This document shows, piece after piece, positions 15,492 through 24,300 of a stretch of DNA of 32,000 nucleotides. Under the pieces are notes generated by a model that saw nothing but the letters and a program-made list of their open reading frames with translations, was not told the origin of the DNA and did not search any database. Source of the DNA: Methylorubrum extorquens (GTDB lineage: Bacteria; Pseudomonadota; Alphaproteobacteria; Rhizobiales; Beijerinckiaceae); contig LT962688.1 of the NCBI GenBank assembly GCA_900234795.1, forward strand, positions 2,250,001 to 2,282,000, read 5' to 3'. The stretch's first letter is position 1, and each line of letters begins with the position of its first letter. Made by a program: the position numbers and the translations under genes.

Positions 15492-16349
15492 ATGGCCGGG
15501 GCGCACGCCAAGAACCACGACTACCACATCATCAACCCGAGCCCGTGGCCGCTGCTGGGCGCGTTCTCCGGGTTCCTGATGGCGTTCGGCGCCGTCTTCT
15601 GGATGAAGGGTCTCTCCGCGGGCGGCCTCGCCATCGGCCCCTACGTGTTCGGCGCCGGCACGCTCGGCGTGCTCTACACGATGCTGTCGTGGTGGCGCGA
15701 CGTCACCCACGAGGCGAATTCCGGCGACCACACCCGCGTCGTCCAGCTCCATCACCGCTACGGCATGATCATGTTCATCGCCTCCGAGGTGATGTTCTTC
15801 GTAGCGTGGTTCTGGGCCTATTTCGAGGCCGCGCTCTACACCGCCGACCCGATCCAGCCGCAGCGCGTCGAGTTCACCGGCGGCATGTGGCCGCCGAAGG
15901 GCATCGAAGCCTTCGACCCCTGGCACCTGCCGCTCCTCAACACCCTGATCCTGCTCACCTCGGGCACCACCGTGACCTGGGCCCACCACGCTCTGCTGCA
16001 CGGCGACCGCAAGGGCCTGAAGTACGGCCTGTGGCTGACGATCATCCTCGGCGTGCTGTTCACCGCCTGCCAGGCCTACGAGTACGCCCACGCCCATTTC
16101 GGCTTCTCGGGCTCGATCTACTCGGCGACCTTCTTCATGGCGACGGGCTTCCACGGCGCCCACGTCATCATCGGCACGATCTTCCTCGCCGTCTGCCTGC
16201 TGCGCACCTACCAGGGTGACTTCACCCCGAAGCAGCATCTCGGCTTCGAGTTCGCCGCTTGGTACTGGCACTTCGTCGACGTGGTGTGGCTGTTCCTGTT
16301 CGCCGCCATCTACGTCTGGGGCGCAGGCGCCGGCGGCGCGGCCCACTAA
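15492..16349 (+). CDS. ctaE: Cytochrome c oxidase subunit III
   Basis: 285 aa with [29 protein letters not shown] and [14 protein letters not shown]. Confidence 0.95.
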   Translation: MAGAHAKNHDYHIINPSPWPLLGAFSGFLMAFGAVFWMKGLSAGGLAIGPYVFGAGTLGVLYTMLSWWRDVTHEANSGDHTRVVQLHHRYGMIMFIASEVMFFVAWFWAYFEAALYTADPIQPQRVEFTGGMWPPKGIEAFDPWHLPLLNTLILLTSGTTVTWAHHALLHGDRKGLKYGLWLTIILGVLFTACQAYEYAHAHFGFSGSIYSATFFMATGFHGAHVIIGTIFLAVCLLRTYQGDFTPKQHLGFEFAAWYWHFVDVVWLFLFAAIYVWGAGAGGAAH

Positions 16350-16370
16350 CGGGTCGAGCCGACAGCATCC

Positions 16371-16421
16371 GCCGCCCTGCTCGGGCGGCAACCCTGAAGG
16401 GCGGCGCGAGCCGCCCTTTTT
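16371..16421 (+). terminator. Tandem hairpins after ctaE; the second is a canonical intrinsic terminator
   Basis: The first hairpin is GCCGCCC-tgctc-GGGCGGC (16371-16389). The second is AAGGGCGGC-gcga-GCCGCCCTT, with the T run continuing as TTT (16397-16421). Confidence 0.7.
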
Positions 16422-16475
16422 CACGTGCGGCGTGCCGTCCGTTGCACCATACCGGCGGACAGCGAGGAGCATCCC

Positions 16476-16850
16476 TTGAGCCGAACCGCCACGAATCCGC
16501 CCCCCTCCCCGATCGCGACGGGCCTGCGCGGGCGCTGCCCCGCCTGCGGCGAGGGCCACCTGTTCAAGGGCTTCCTCGCCGTCAAACCGGCTTGCGAGGT
16601 CTGCGGCCAGGACTTCTCCGCGTTCGATTCGGCGGACGGGCCGGCCTTCTTCGTGATGTCGATCACCGGCTTCGTCGTCGTCGGCATGGCCCTGTGGATG
16701 GAGATCACCTACGAGCCGCCGGTCTGGGTCCACGCCCTCGTCGCCGGCAGCCTCGCCATCGGCCTGAGCTTGGCTCTGGTGCGCCCGCTGAAGGGGCTGC
16801 TGGCGGCAGTCCAGTTCGCCAACAAGGCCGCGCAGGGGCGCTTCCGCTAG
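16476..16850 (+). CDS. DUF983 family membrane protein with a zinc-ribbon-like CxxC..CxxC
   Basis: Contains RCPACGEGHLFKGFLAVKPACEVCGQDF followed by two TM helices. A TTG at 16476 lies 6 nt after GAGGAG. A GTG at 16425 is an alternative start. Confidence 0.7.
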   Translation: MSRTATNPPPSPIATGLRGRCPACGEGHLFKGFLAVKPACEVCGQDFSAFDSADGPAFFVMSITGFVVVGMALWMEITYEPPVWVHALVAGSLAIGLSLALVRPLKGLLAAVQFANKAAQGRFR

Positions 16851-17620
16851 TGGCCGCTTTGTCCTCGACCGAGCGAAGCGCCCGCCTGCGCAGCCTGTGG
16901 GCGCCGGGCCTGGCGGCGCTGGTCTGTCTCGCGATCCTGCTGAGCCTGGGCACGTGGCAGTTGGCTCGCAAGAGCGAGAAGGAAGCGCTGATCGCCCGCA
17001 TCATCGAGCGCTCGCATGCCGAGCCGCCGGCTGCCCCTTCCCCGTTCGAGGAATGGGGCGCGAAGGCCGACGAGTTCAGCCGGGTGCAGACCAGCGGCAC
17101 CTTCCTGCACGATCAGGAGACCCTGGTGCACGGGCTGGCGCCGGGCGAGCCCGGCCGGGCGCTTCAGGGCTTCTACGTCATCACGCCGCTCAAGCGCGAC
17201 GACGGGACGACCATCCTGGTCAACCGCGGCTTCGTGCCGACCGAGTTGAAGCGCCCCGAGGACCGCGGCGCCGGTCAGGTCTCGGGCGCGGCGACGGTGA
17301 CCGGCATGCTGCGCGCGAGCGAGACCCGCACGCTGTTCGTGCCTGAATCCGATCCGAAGCGGGAGGCGTGGTTTACCCGCGACATCCCCGGCATCAGCGC
17401 CGCCCGCAATCTCACGAACGTCGCCCCCTACCTGATCGAGGCCGACGCGACGCCGAACCCCGGCGGCTGGCCCCGCGGCGGACAGCTCCGCGTCGATCTG
17501 CCGAACAACCACCTGCAATACGCCTTCACGTGGTTCGGCATCGCCGCCTGCCTGATCGGCGTCTTCTCCGTTTTCGCGTGGAAACGGCTCTACGATCCGG
17601 CGGACCCGAAGGCGGGTTGA
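16850..17620 (+). CDS. SURF1 family cytochrome oxidase biogenesis protein
   Basis: The GTG at 16850 overlaps the TAG stop of the preceding gene by 1 nt. Contains LGTWQLARKSEKEALIARI, YVITPLKRDDGTTILVNRGFVP and NNHLQYAFTWFGIA. The long 5' extension (16259) in the track is out of context. Confidence 0.85.
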   Translation: MAALSSTERSARLRSLWAPGLAALVCLAILLSLGTWQLARKSEKEALIARIIERSHAEPPAAPSPFEEWGAKADEFSRVQTSGTFLHDQETLVHGLAPGEPGRALQGFYVITPLKRDDGTTILVNRGFVPTELKRPEDRGAGQVSGAATVTGMLRASETRTLFVPESDPKREAWFTRDIPGISAARNLTNVAPYLIEADATPNPGGWPRGGQLRVDLPNNHLQYAFTWFGIAACLIGVFSVFAWKRLYDPADPKAG

Positions 17621-17716
17621 CGGCGTTGGCCCGCGTGTTGCCTCGATCGTAAGCGTGCGCGGGGGACGACCCGCCCCCGCGGCAAGCCTCGCGATCTGAG
17701 ATGCGGAGGGCTCCCG

Positions 17717-18130
17717 ATGCGTGCCGTCGCCGTCTTTCTGTTGGTTTTCCTGACATCGGCCGCGGTCCGGGCCGACGACGCGGCCCGCGATGCCGCCCGC
17801 GCCACCATCGAACGGCAGATCGAGGCCTTCCGCCGAAGCGACGCCGCGGCGGCCTATGCCGAGGCCGCGCCGCAGGTCCGCAACCTGTTTCCCTCGGCCG
17901 AAACTTTCATCGCCATGGTCGCGAAGGGCTACGCCCCAGTCCTGCGCCCACGCAGCTACCGCTTCGAGGCGACCGAGACGTCGGGCGAGGACGAGTTAGC
18001 CCAAGGCATGAGCCTTCAGGACGAGGCCGGCATCGATTGGGTCGCGCTCTACACGCTCCAACGTCAAGCCGACGGGCAGTGGCGCATCACCGGCTGTCAC
18101 TTGAAGAAGGCGCCGGGCGAGAAGGTTTGA
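17717..18130 (+). CDS. DUF4864 (SnoaL-like fold) secreted protein
   Basis: 137 aa. The signal peptide is MRAVAVFLLVFLTSAAVRA. The segment IERQIEAFRRSDAAAAYAEAAPQVRNLFPSAETFIAMV is typical of DUF4864. Confidence 0.65.
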   Translation: MRAVAVFLLVFLTSAAVRADDAARDAARATIERQIEAFRRSDAAAAYAEAAPQVRNLFPSAETFIAMVAKGYAPVLRPRSYRFEATETSGEDELAQGMSLQDEAGIDWVALYTLQRQADGQWRITGCHLKKAPGEKV

Positions 18131-18215
18131 CGCCGCAGATGTGAGAAACCGATCCGGCCCCGCTTCGACACGGCCGAATCGATCGTGTAGAGGGAGCGCC
18201 TTCCCGGAGGCATCT

Positions 18216-19628
18216 TTGCTGCACGTCTCGACCCGCGGCGCCGCTGCGCCCTTGAGCTTTTCCGATGCGCTGCTCGCCGGCCTTGCCCGCGACGGCGGTC
18301 TCTACGTGCCCGAGAGCTGGCCGCAGATTAGCCGTGCGGAGATCGCGGGCTTTGCCGGCATGCGCTACGCCGAGGTCGCCAAGCGCGTGCTGCGCCCGCT
18401 CATCGACGGCGAGATTCCGGACGACGCGCTCGACGAGATGATCGAGGCGGCCTACGCCACCTTCCGCCATCCGGCGATCTGCCCGCTCACCCAGATCGAC
18501 GACAACCTGTTCCTGATGGAGCTGTTTCACGGGCCCACGCTCGCGTTCAAGGACGTGGCGATGCAGCTCCTCGGGCGGCTGATGGATTACGTGCTGCGCC
18601 AGAAGGGCGGCCGCGCCACCATCGTCGGCGCCACCTCGGGCGATACGGGCAGTGCCGCGGTCGAGGCCTTCAAGGGCCTCGATCAGGTCGACGTGTTCAT
18701 CCTGTTTCCGCACGGCCGCGTCTCGGAGGTGCAGCGCCGGCAGATGACCACGGTCAACGCGCCGAACGTCCACGCGCTCGCCATCGACGGCAATTTCGAC
18801 GATTGCCAGAACATCGTGAAGGCGATGTTCCAGCACGGCGACTTCGCCGACAGGGTGAAGCTCTCGGGCGTCAACTCGATCAATTGGGCCCGCGTCGCCG
18901 CGCAGACCGTCTACTACTTCACGAGCGCCGTGGCCTTGGGCGCCCCGCACCGGAAGGTGTCGTTCGCGGTGCCGACCGGCAATTTCGGCGATATCCTCGC
19001 TGGCTGGGTTGCCAAGCGGATGGGCCTGCCGATCGAGCGGCTGATGATCGGCACCAATGCCAACGACATCCTGGCCCGCACCCTGGAGCACGGGGCCTAC
19101 GAGCCCCGCGGCGTGCAGCCGACGACCTCGCCCTCGATGGACATCCAGATCTCCTCGAATTTCGAGCGGCTGCTGTTCGAGGCTTTGGGCCGCGACGCCT
19201 CGGCGCTCGGCCGCCTGATGGCGGGTCTGAAGCAGTCGGGCGGGTTCTCGCTGAGCCCCGAGGTGCTGGGCACCGTGCGCGACGAGTTCGATGCGACCGC
19301 CGTGCGCGAGCCCGAGGTCGTGGAAGAGATCGCGGGCACCTTCCGCAAGACCGGCCTCGTGCTCGATCCGCACAGCGCCATCGGCGTGCGGGCCGGCCGC
19401 CGGCTGCTGGAGAAGGATCCGGCCACCCCGGTCGTGGCGCTGGCGACCGCGCACCCCGCCAAATTCCCGGATGCGGTCTCACAGGCGACCGGCGGCGGGC
19501 GCCCGGTTCTGCCGCCCCACCTCGCTGAACTGATGACCCGGCCCGAGACGGTGGCGAACCTCGCCAACGATCAGGCCGCGATCGAGCGCTACATCACGGA
19601 ACACGCCCGCATCACCCGGGGCAACTGA
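18216..19628 (+). CDS. thrC: Threonine synthase
   Basis: The TTG at 18216 lies 5 nt after GGAGG. The product begins LLHVSTRG. It contains LELFHGPTLAFKDVAMQLL (PLP-binding Lys) and GATSGDTGSAA. Length is 470 aa. Confidence 0.93.
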   Translation: MLHVSTRGAAAPLSFSDALLAGLARDGGLYVPESWPQISRAEIAGFAGMRYAEVAKRVLRPLIDGEIPDDALDEMIEAAYATFRHPAICPLTQIDDNLFLMELFHGPTLAFKDVAMQLLGRLMDYVLRQKGGRATIVGATSGDTGSAAVEAFKGLDQVDVFILFPHGRVSEVQRRQMTTVNAPNVHALAIDGNFDDCQNIVKAMFQHGDFADRVKLSGVNSINWARVAAQTVYYFTSAVALGAPHRKVSFAVPTGNFGDILAGWVAKRMGLPIERLMIGTNANDILARTLEHGAYEPRGVQPTTSPSMDIQISSNFERLLFEALGRDASALGRLMAGLKQSGGFSLSPEVLGTVRDEFDATAVREPEVVEEIAGTFRKTGLVLDPHSAIGVRAGRRLLEKDPATPVVALATAHPAKFPDAVSQATGGGRPVLPPHLAELMTRPETVANLANDQAAIERYITEHARITRGN

Positions 19629-19659
19629 CGGACCGACAGCGTGACATCCAACCCAACCC

Positions 19660-19765
19660 CCTCATCCTGAGGTGCCGCGAAGCGGCCTCGAAGGGTCCTC
19701 CAGATCCCGCGCGATCTCTGGCCGATCCTTCGAGGCTCCGCTTTGCTCCGCACCTCAGGATGAGG
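19660..19765. repeat. REP/MITE-like imperfect palindromic intergenic element
   Basis: The left arm is CCTCATCCTGAGGTGCCGCGAAGCGGCCTCGAAGG (19660-19694). The right arm is CCTTCGAGGCTCCGCTTTGCTCCGCACCTCAGGATGAGG (19727-19765). The outer 16 nt and inner 9 nt are perfectly complementary. It generates spurious ORFs with ..FEA..APQDE.. peptides. Confidence 0.6.
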
Positions 19766-19849
19766 ATCAGGGTGGGAGACCGGATCGACCGACCGTTTGT
19801 CCACCTCCGAAATACGTGGTGAGTTGGGCCGAACAGGCACTGAGATCGA

Positions 19850-21145
19850 ATGAACCAGCATTTCTCGACCTTCGGCGCCTCGCCCGGCCTCACCGTCAGC
19901 CGGCTCGATAACGGCCTGACCGTCGCCACCGAGACGATCCCCGGCGTTGCCACGGCCACGCTCGGCGTCTGGGTCGGGGCGGGCTCGCGGCACGAACGGC
20001 CGGACGAGCACGGGCTCAGCCACCTGATCGAGCACATGGCCTTCAAGGGCACGGCGACGCGCTCGGCCCGGAAGATCGCCGAGGACATCGAGAATGTCGG
20101 CGGTGAGATCAACGCCGCCACCAGCACCGAGAGCACGAGCTACACGGCGCGGGTGCTCGGCGAGGATGCGGGCGTAGCGCTCGACGTGCTCGGCGACATC
20201 CTGACCCGCTCGGTCTTCGACGCCGGCGAACTCGCCCGCGAGAAGGGCGTGATCCTTCAGGAATACGCGGCGGTCGAGGATACGCCGGACGACGTCGTCT
20301 ACGACGCCTTCATCGAGACGGCCTTCCCTGACCAGCCGATCGGTCGGCCGATCCTAGGTCGGCCCGAGACGATCCAGAGCTTCGACCGCGCGGCGATCGA
20401 AGCCTATATCGCCCGCGAATACGTGCCCGAGCGCATGGTGCTCGCCGCCGCTGGGGCGGTGGAGCATGCCGAGATCGTCGAGGCGGCCGAGCGCCATTTC
20501 GGCGGCTTGAAGCCCGTCGCGGCCCCCCCGGCCGTGGCCGGCGTCTACGGCGGCGGCGAGCGGCGGATGCAGAAGCGGCTCGAACAGGCCAACCTCGTCC
20601 TCGGCCTGCCCGGTCTCTCCTTCCGCGATGACGGCTATTACGCGCTCCACCTGTTCTCGCAGGTGCTCGGCGGCGGGCTGACCTCGCGGCTCTGGCACGA
20701 GGTGCGCGAGACCCGCGGGCTCGCCTACGACATCCAGGCCTTCCACTGGCCCTTCAACGATTGCGGCCTGTTCGGCATCGGCGCCGGCACCTCGGGCGCG
20801 GATCTGGCCGAACTCGTCGATGTCACCATCGCCACCACCCGCGAGGCGGCGGAGCGGCTCGACGCGGCCGAACTCGCCCGGGCCAAGGCCCAGCTCAAGG
20901 TCTCCCTGCTCACCGCCCTGGAGACGCCGGGCGGGCGCATCGAGCGCAACGCCCGCCAGCTTCTCGCCTGGGGTCGGGTGATCCCGCCGCAGGAGCTGAT
21001 CGCCAAGGTCGATGCGGTCGAGGTCGAGCATGTGCGCGCGGCCGGCCGTGCCCTGCTGCGCGGCGCCCCGACCCTGGCCGCGATCGGCCCGGTGAAGGGC
21101 TTGCCCTCGCTCGCGCGCGTCGCGTCGGCCCTTCAGGCGGCCTGA
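19850..21145 (+). CDS. M16 family (pitrilysin-like) zinc metallopeptidase
   Basis: 431 aa with the inverted zinc motif HLIEHMAFKG (HxxEH) and the downstream Glu (REKGVILQEY). Placement downstream of thrC is common in Rhizobiales. Confidence 0.88.
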   Translation: MNQHFSTFGASPGLTVSRLDNGLTVATETIPGVATATLGVWVGAGSRHERPDEHGLSHLIEHMAFKGTATRSARKIAEDIENVGGEINAATSTESTSYTARVLGEDAGVALDVLGDILTRSVFDAGELAREKGVILQEYAAVEDTPDDVVYDAFIETAFPDQPIGRPILGRPETIQSFDRAAIEAYIAREYVPERMVLAAAGAVEHAEIVEAAERHFGGLKPVAAPPAVAGVYGGGERRMQKRLEQANLVLGLPGLSFRDDGYYALHLFSQVLGGGLTSRLWHEVRETRGLAYDIQAFHWPFNDCGLFGIGAGTSGADLAELVDVTIATTREAAERLDAAELARAKAQLKVSLLTALETPGGRIERNARQLLAWGRVIPPQELIAKVDAVEVEHVRAAGRALLRGAPTLAAIGPVKGLPSLARVASALQAA

Positions 21146-21224
21146 CGCCGCCCTACCTCAGAGTTGTGAAGTCCGGCGCCGCGAACGGCGCCGTGCCCCG
21201 ATCTCAGCGATAAAACCGCCCGCC

Positions 21225-21371
21225 ATGAACCCCGTCGCCGTCGCGACCATGCTCGGCATCGCCCTCGGCTTCTTCGGCCTGCTCGCCTATGCGCTGACCG
21301 TGGGCGAGGCGTGGCTGCTCGCCCTCCTCGCCATCGTCGCCATCGCGCTGTTCGTGCGCTGGGGGGACTAA
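21225..21371 (+). CDS. Possible 48-aa two-TM hydrophobic peptide
   Basis: Encodes MNPVAVATMLGIALGFFGLLAYALTVGEAWLLALLAIVAIALFVRWGD. GC3 is very high, but there is no clear Shine-Dalgarno sequence. It is below the ORF-track cutoff. Confidence 0.35.
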   Translation: MNPVAVATMLGIALGFFGLLAYALTVGEAWLLALLAIVAIALFVRWGD

Positions 21372-21481
21372 GCGGTGCCGCCGCAGAGGCGTTGATACCT
21401 CTCAAGATCGATGCGGCTCCCTCTCCCCGCGTACGGGTCGGGGGAATGGGCGCTGCACCGAATCGACGACCGGAAACGGCG

Positions 21482-22789
21482 TTACTTCTCCTCCAGCGCC
21501 GGGCCCCGCGTCGCATCGGCCCCCTGCCCCGTTCCCGCGAGCGGGCCGACCGTGACGGGCTGGCCGGAGCGGGCGGCGGCGTAGATCGCCTCCATCAGGA
21601 TCATATCCTGCAGGCCCTCCTCGCCGGGCGTGCGGGGACGGCGGTCGGCAAGGATGCACTCGGCCATATGGTCGAGTTCGAGCGCGAACTGGTTCTTGTG
21701 CGTCAGCACCGGCTCGTCGCGCTGGACGTGGCTGCCCTCGCGGTGGGCGATGGTGAGGCGCTGGCCGCGATAGGCGAAGGCGTTGGCCAGATCGAGCGAG
21801 CCGCCCGTCGTGTGGACCCGGAGCGATCGGCTCTCGTGGACGCCGTAGCTCGTGCCGCATTGCGCGATCACGCCGGAGGAAAAGCGGAGCGTGAAGGCGA
21901 CGCTCTCCTCGACCTCCTTGAAGCGCGGATCGTTCTCGGGCGTGACGATCTGCGCCTGGATCGAGACCGGCTCCTCGCCGAGCAGCGCCCGCACCCCGTT
22001 GAGGCAGTAGAGGCCGATATCGGGCAGCGCCCCACCGCCCGCGAGTGCCTTGCGCAGGCGCCACTGCTCGGGCAGCGCGGTGGTCTGGCCATTGAAGGCC
22101 TCGACCATCTTCACGCGCCCGAACTCGCCGGAGCGGGCGAGCCGCACGACCTCGCGGTTGAACGGCTCATACTGGCAGCGATAGGCGATCATCAGCTTGA
22201 CGCCGGCCTTGCGGCAGACCTCGACCATCTCCTGCGCCTCGGCCGAATTATTCGCCATCGGCTTCTCGCACAGCACGTGCTTACCGGCGCCCGCCGCGGC
22301 GAGCACGTTGTCCCGGTGCAGGCCGTTGGGCGTGACGATGTAGACCGCCTTGACCGCCGGGTTGGCTTTGAGCCGGTCCCACTGGTCGTAACCATAGATC
22401 GCGTCAGCGGGGATGCCGTACTGCGCCGCCGTGATCCTGGCCTTGTCGGGCGAGCCCGACATCAGCGCGACGACCTTCGCTTTTTTCGCCTCGCCGAAGG
22501 CCGGAAGGATTTCCTCCAGGCTCAGGCGTCCGAGCCCGACGATGGCGAAGCCGACCCGCTGGGAGGGCGGCATCGGCGCGGGCGGCGGCGGGGGCGGCAC
22601 GTCGCCGGCGTCGCGCCAGTTCGGGAAGACGATCCGGTCGCCCTGAACCGCGCCGGTATCGGCCGGCACCGATGGAGCCGGTGCATCAGAGGCGGCCCGC
22701 GCAGCCCCGCCGAGGCCGAGGGCCGCACCGGTCAGGCCGGCGCCGCCCGCGAGGAGGAGGCGCCGGGACAGTTGAGGGTCGTCGCTCAT
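21482..22789 (-). CDS. Gfo/Idh/MocA family oxidoreductase with a Tat signal (periplasmic, glucose-fructose oxidoreductase-like)
   Basis: 435 aa. The Tat signal is SRRLLLAGGAGLTGAALGLGGAARA. The Rossmann region is VGFAIVGLGRLS, and EKPMA is the family motif. Confidence 0.85.
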   Translation of the reverse strand: MSDDPQLSRRLLLAGGAGLTGAALGLGGAARAASDAPAPSVPADTGAVQGDRIVFPNWRDAGDVPPPPPPAPMPPSQRVGFAIVGLGRLSLEEILPAFGEAKKAKVVALMSGSPDKARITAAQYGIPADAIYGYDQWDRLKANPAVKAVYIVTPNGLHRDNVLAAAGAGKHVLCEKPMANNSAEAQEMVEVCRKAGVKLMIAYRCQYEPFNREVVRLARSGEFGRVKMVEAFNGQTTALPEQWRLRKALAGGGALPDIGLYCLNGVRALLGEEPVSIQAQIVTPENDPRFKEVEESVAFTLRFSSGVIAQCGTSYGVHESRSLRVHTTGGSLDLANAFAYRGQRLTIAHREGSHVQRDEPVLTHKNQFALELDHMAECILADRRPRTPGEEGLQDMILMEAIYAAARSGQPVTVGPLAGTGQGADATRGPALEEK

Positions 22790-22844
22790 GACAGGATTCC
22801 GGCCTTGCTGATCACGTGCCTTGCGAGCACGAGGCCGGAACGCA

Positions 22845-23648
22845 TCAGCCCGGCGCAGAGGTTCCTTTGATCTGGCCCGGGCCGGTCGAGGCCGGTGTCG
22901 GATCGGGATCCTCCACCTCGCCCCGGCGCTGGAGTTGGAGCGCGACGAACCAGCACAGGGCCGCCCAGGCGGCGCCGACGCACCAGCCCGCCACCACGTC
23001 GCTCGGCCAATGCACGCCGAGATAGACCCGGCTGACGCCGACCAGCACCGTCATCCCGATGCCGAGCGCCAGCATCAGCGCCTTGACGCTGTGCCGCCGC
23101 TCGACGCGGGCGAGCAAAGTCGCGAGCGTGAGGTAGGCGATCGCCGACATCATCGCGTGGCCTGATGGGAAGCTCGCCGTGAACACGTCCATGCCGTGCG
23201 GCACGAGATCGGGCCGCGGACGGTGGTAGAACAGCTTGAGCACCGTCGAGACCGCCTCGCCGCCGCCGACGGCGGCCAGCACGAACACCGCGACGCGCCG
23301 CCGGCCGGAGAGCGCGAGGTAGATCACCGCCGCCGCCGTGAGGAAGACGATGGTGACGACGCTGCCCCAGCCGGTGATGTCGCGCATCGCCTCCTCCAGC
23401 CAAGCCGGACCGAGCGGGTCGGAGAGGTCGGCGGGGTTGCGCAACCCGAGCAGGATCTTGCGGTCGAGCGCGGCGGTCGATCCTTCTCCGACCTCGCGGG
23501 CGAGCGCGAAGAAGCCGTAGCCGAGGGTGCTGACGAGAAGCAGCGACACCATTGGCCCGACTTCGTTGAGGTGCAGTCGCACCCAGACGGCGGACGATCC
23601 GCGCCAGAGGGCGCCCCCGCCGGTGCGGGCGATACCGGGTAGTCTCAT
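22845..23648 (-). CDS. PAP2 superfamily membrane phosphatase
   Basis: All three PAP2 motifs are present: KLFYHRPRP, FPSGHA and SRVYLGVHWPSD. The ATG at 23648 overlaps the upstream stop (ATGA). Confidence 0.85.
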   Translation of the reverse strand: MRLPGIARTGGGALWRGSSAVWVRLHLNEVGPMVSLLLVSTLGYGFFALAREVGEGSTAALDRKILLGLRNPADLSDPLGPAWLEEAMRDITGWGSVVTIVFLTAAAVIYLALSGRRRVAVFVLAAVGGGEAVSTVLKLFYHRPRPDLVPHGMDVFTASFPSGHAMMSAIAYLTLATLLARVERRHSVKALMLALGIGMTVLVGVSRVYLGVHWPSDVVAGWCVGAAWAALCWFVALQLQRRGEVEDPDPTPASTGPGQIKGTSAPG

Positions 23649-24163
23649 GCCGCATCCCCGAATGCGATAGTTGCGACCCGCTCCCACGGGCCGCCGAGAT
23701 AACGCCATAGCAGCACGCCCGGTGCACGGAAGTGCGAAGGCTCGAAGTCCTGGGCCAACGCGGCATGCAGCGCGCGGGCGGTCTCGGGGGCAACCTTGTT
23801 CTGCACGGTGACGTGCGGGCGCCAGCCCTGCCGGTCCTGCGCCGTGAGATGGTCGCGGAACGCTGCCGCGACCCGCTGGCGGAAGTCGGACAACGCGTCC
23901 GATTCCAGTGCGTAGGCGACGCCGCGCCCGGTGAAGCGCACGCCCGTCACCGCGACCTCCGGTGCGGCCTGCGCGCGGGCGAGCGCCGTCACGGTCTCGG
24001 TCACGCCCGCCGGATCCTCGCCCGGCAGGTGGTGGAACAGCGTCGCGTGGGCGGGGATGTGGTTCAGCGCCTCCGGAAAATGCCGCCGTCGCAAACCATT
24101 GAAGGTGGCGAAGGCCGCCTCGTCCATCTGCAGGGTCAGGATCAGCGGGGCGGGCTCGGGCAA
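23645..24163 (-). CDS. 2H phosphoesterase superfamily protein (2'-5' RNA ligase/LigT-like)
   Basis: 172 aa with two HxT/S-type motifs at the appropriate spacing (HATLFHHL and PHVTVQNK). Confidence 0.6.
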   Translation of the reverse strand: MPEPAPLILTLQMDEAAFATFNGLRRRHFPEALNHIPAHATLFHHLPGEDPAGVTETVTALARAQAAPEVAVTGVRFTGRGVAYALESDALSDFRQRVAAAFRDHLTAQDRQGWRPHVTVQNKVAPETARALHAALAQDFEPSHFRAPGVLLWRYLGGPWERVATIAFGDAA

Positions 24164-24300
24164 CGCGTTGAACTCTCGGTCGAGGCCGGGGCGTCCGGCG
24201 CGGGTCTGAGCAAGATGGCGCGGCCGGACCGCGTATCCAGCGGGCGGGCTGTGGTGTGGCTGCGCTGTTCAGCCGGTCGAGCTGCGTCTAGGTAGCTGCG

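Noticed and set aside
17658-17681. 8-bp GC hairpin after SURF1, as a possible terminator
   Set aside because: No U-tract follows it, and the next gene is close by in the same orientation. There is not enough evidence to call it a feature.
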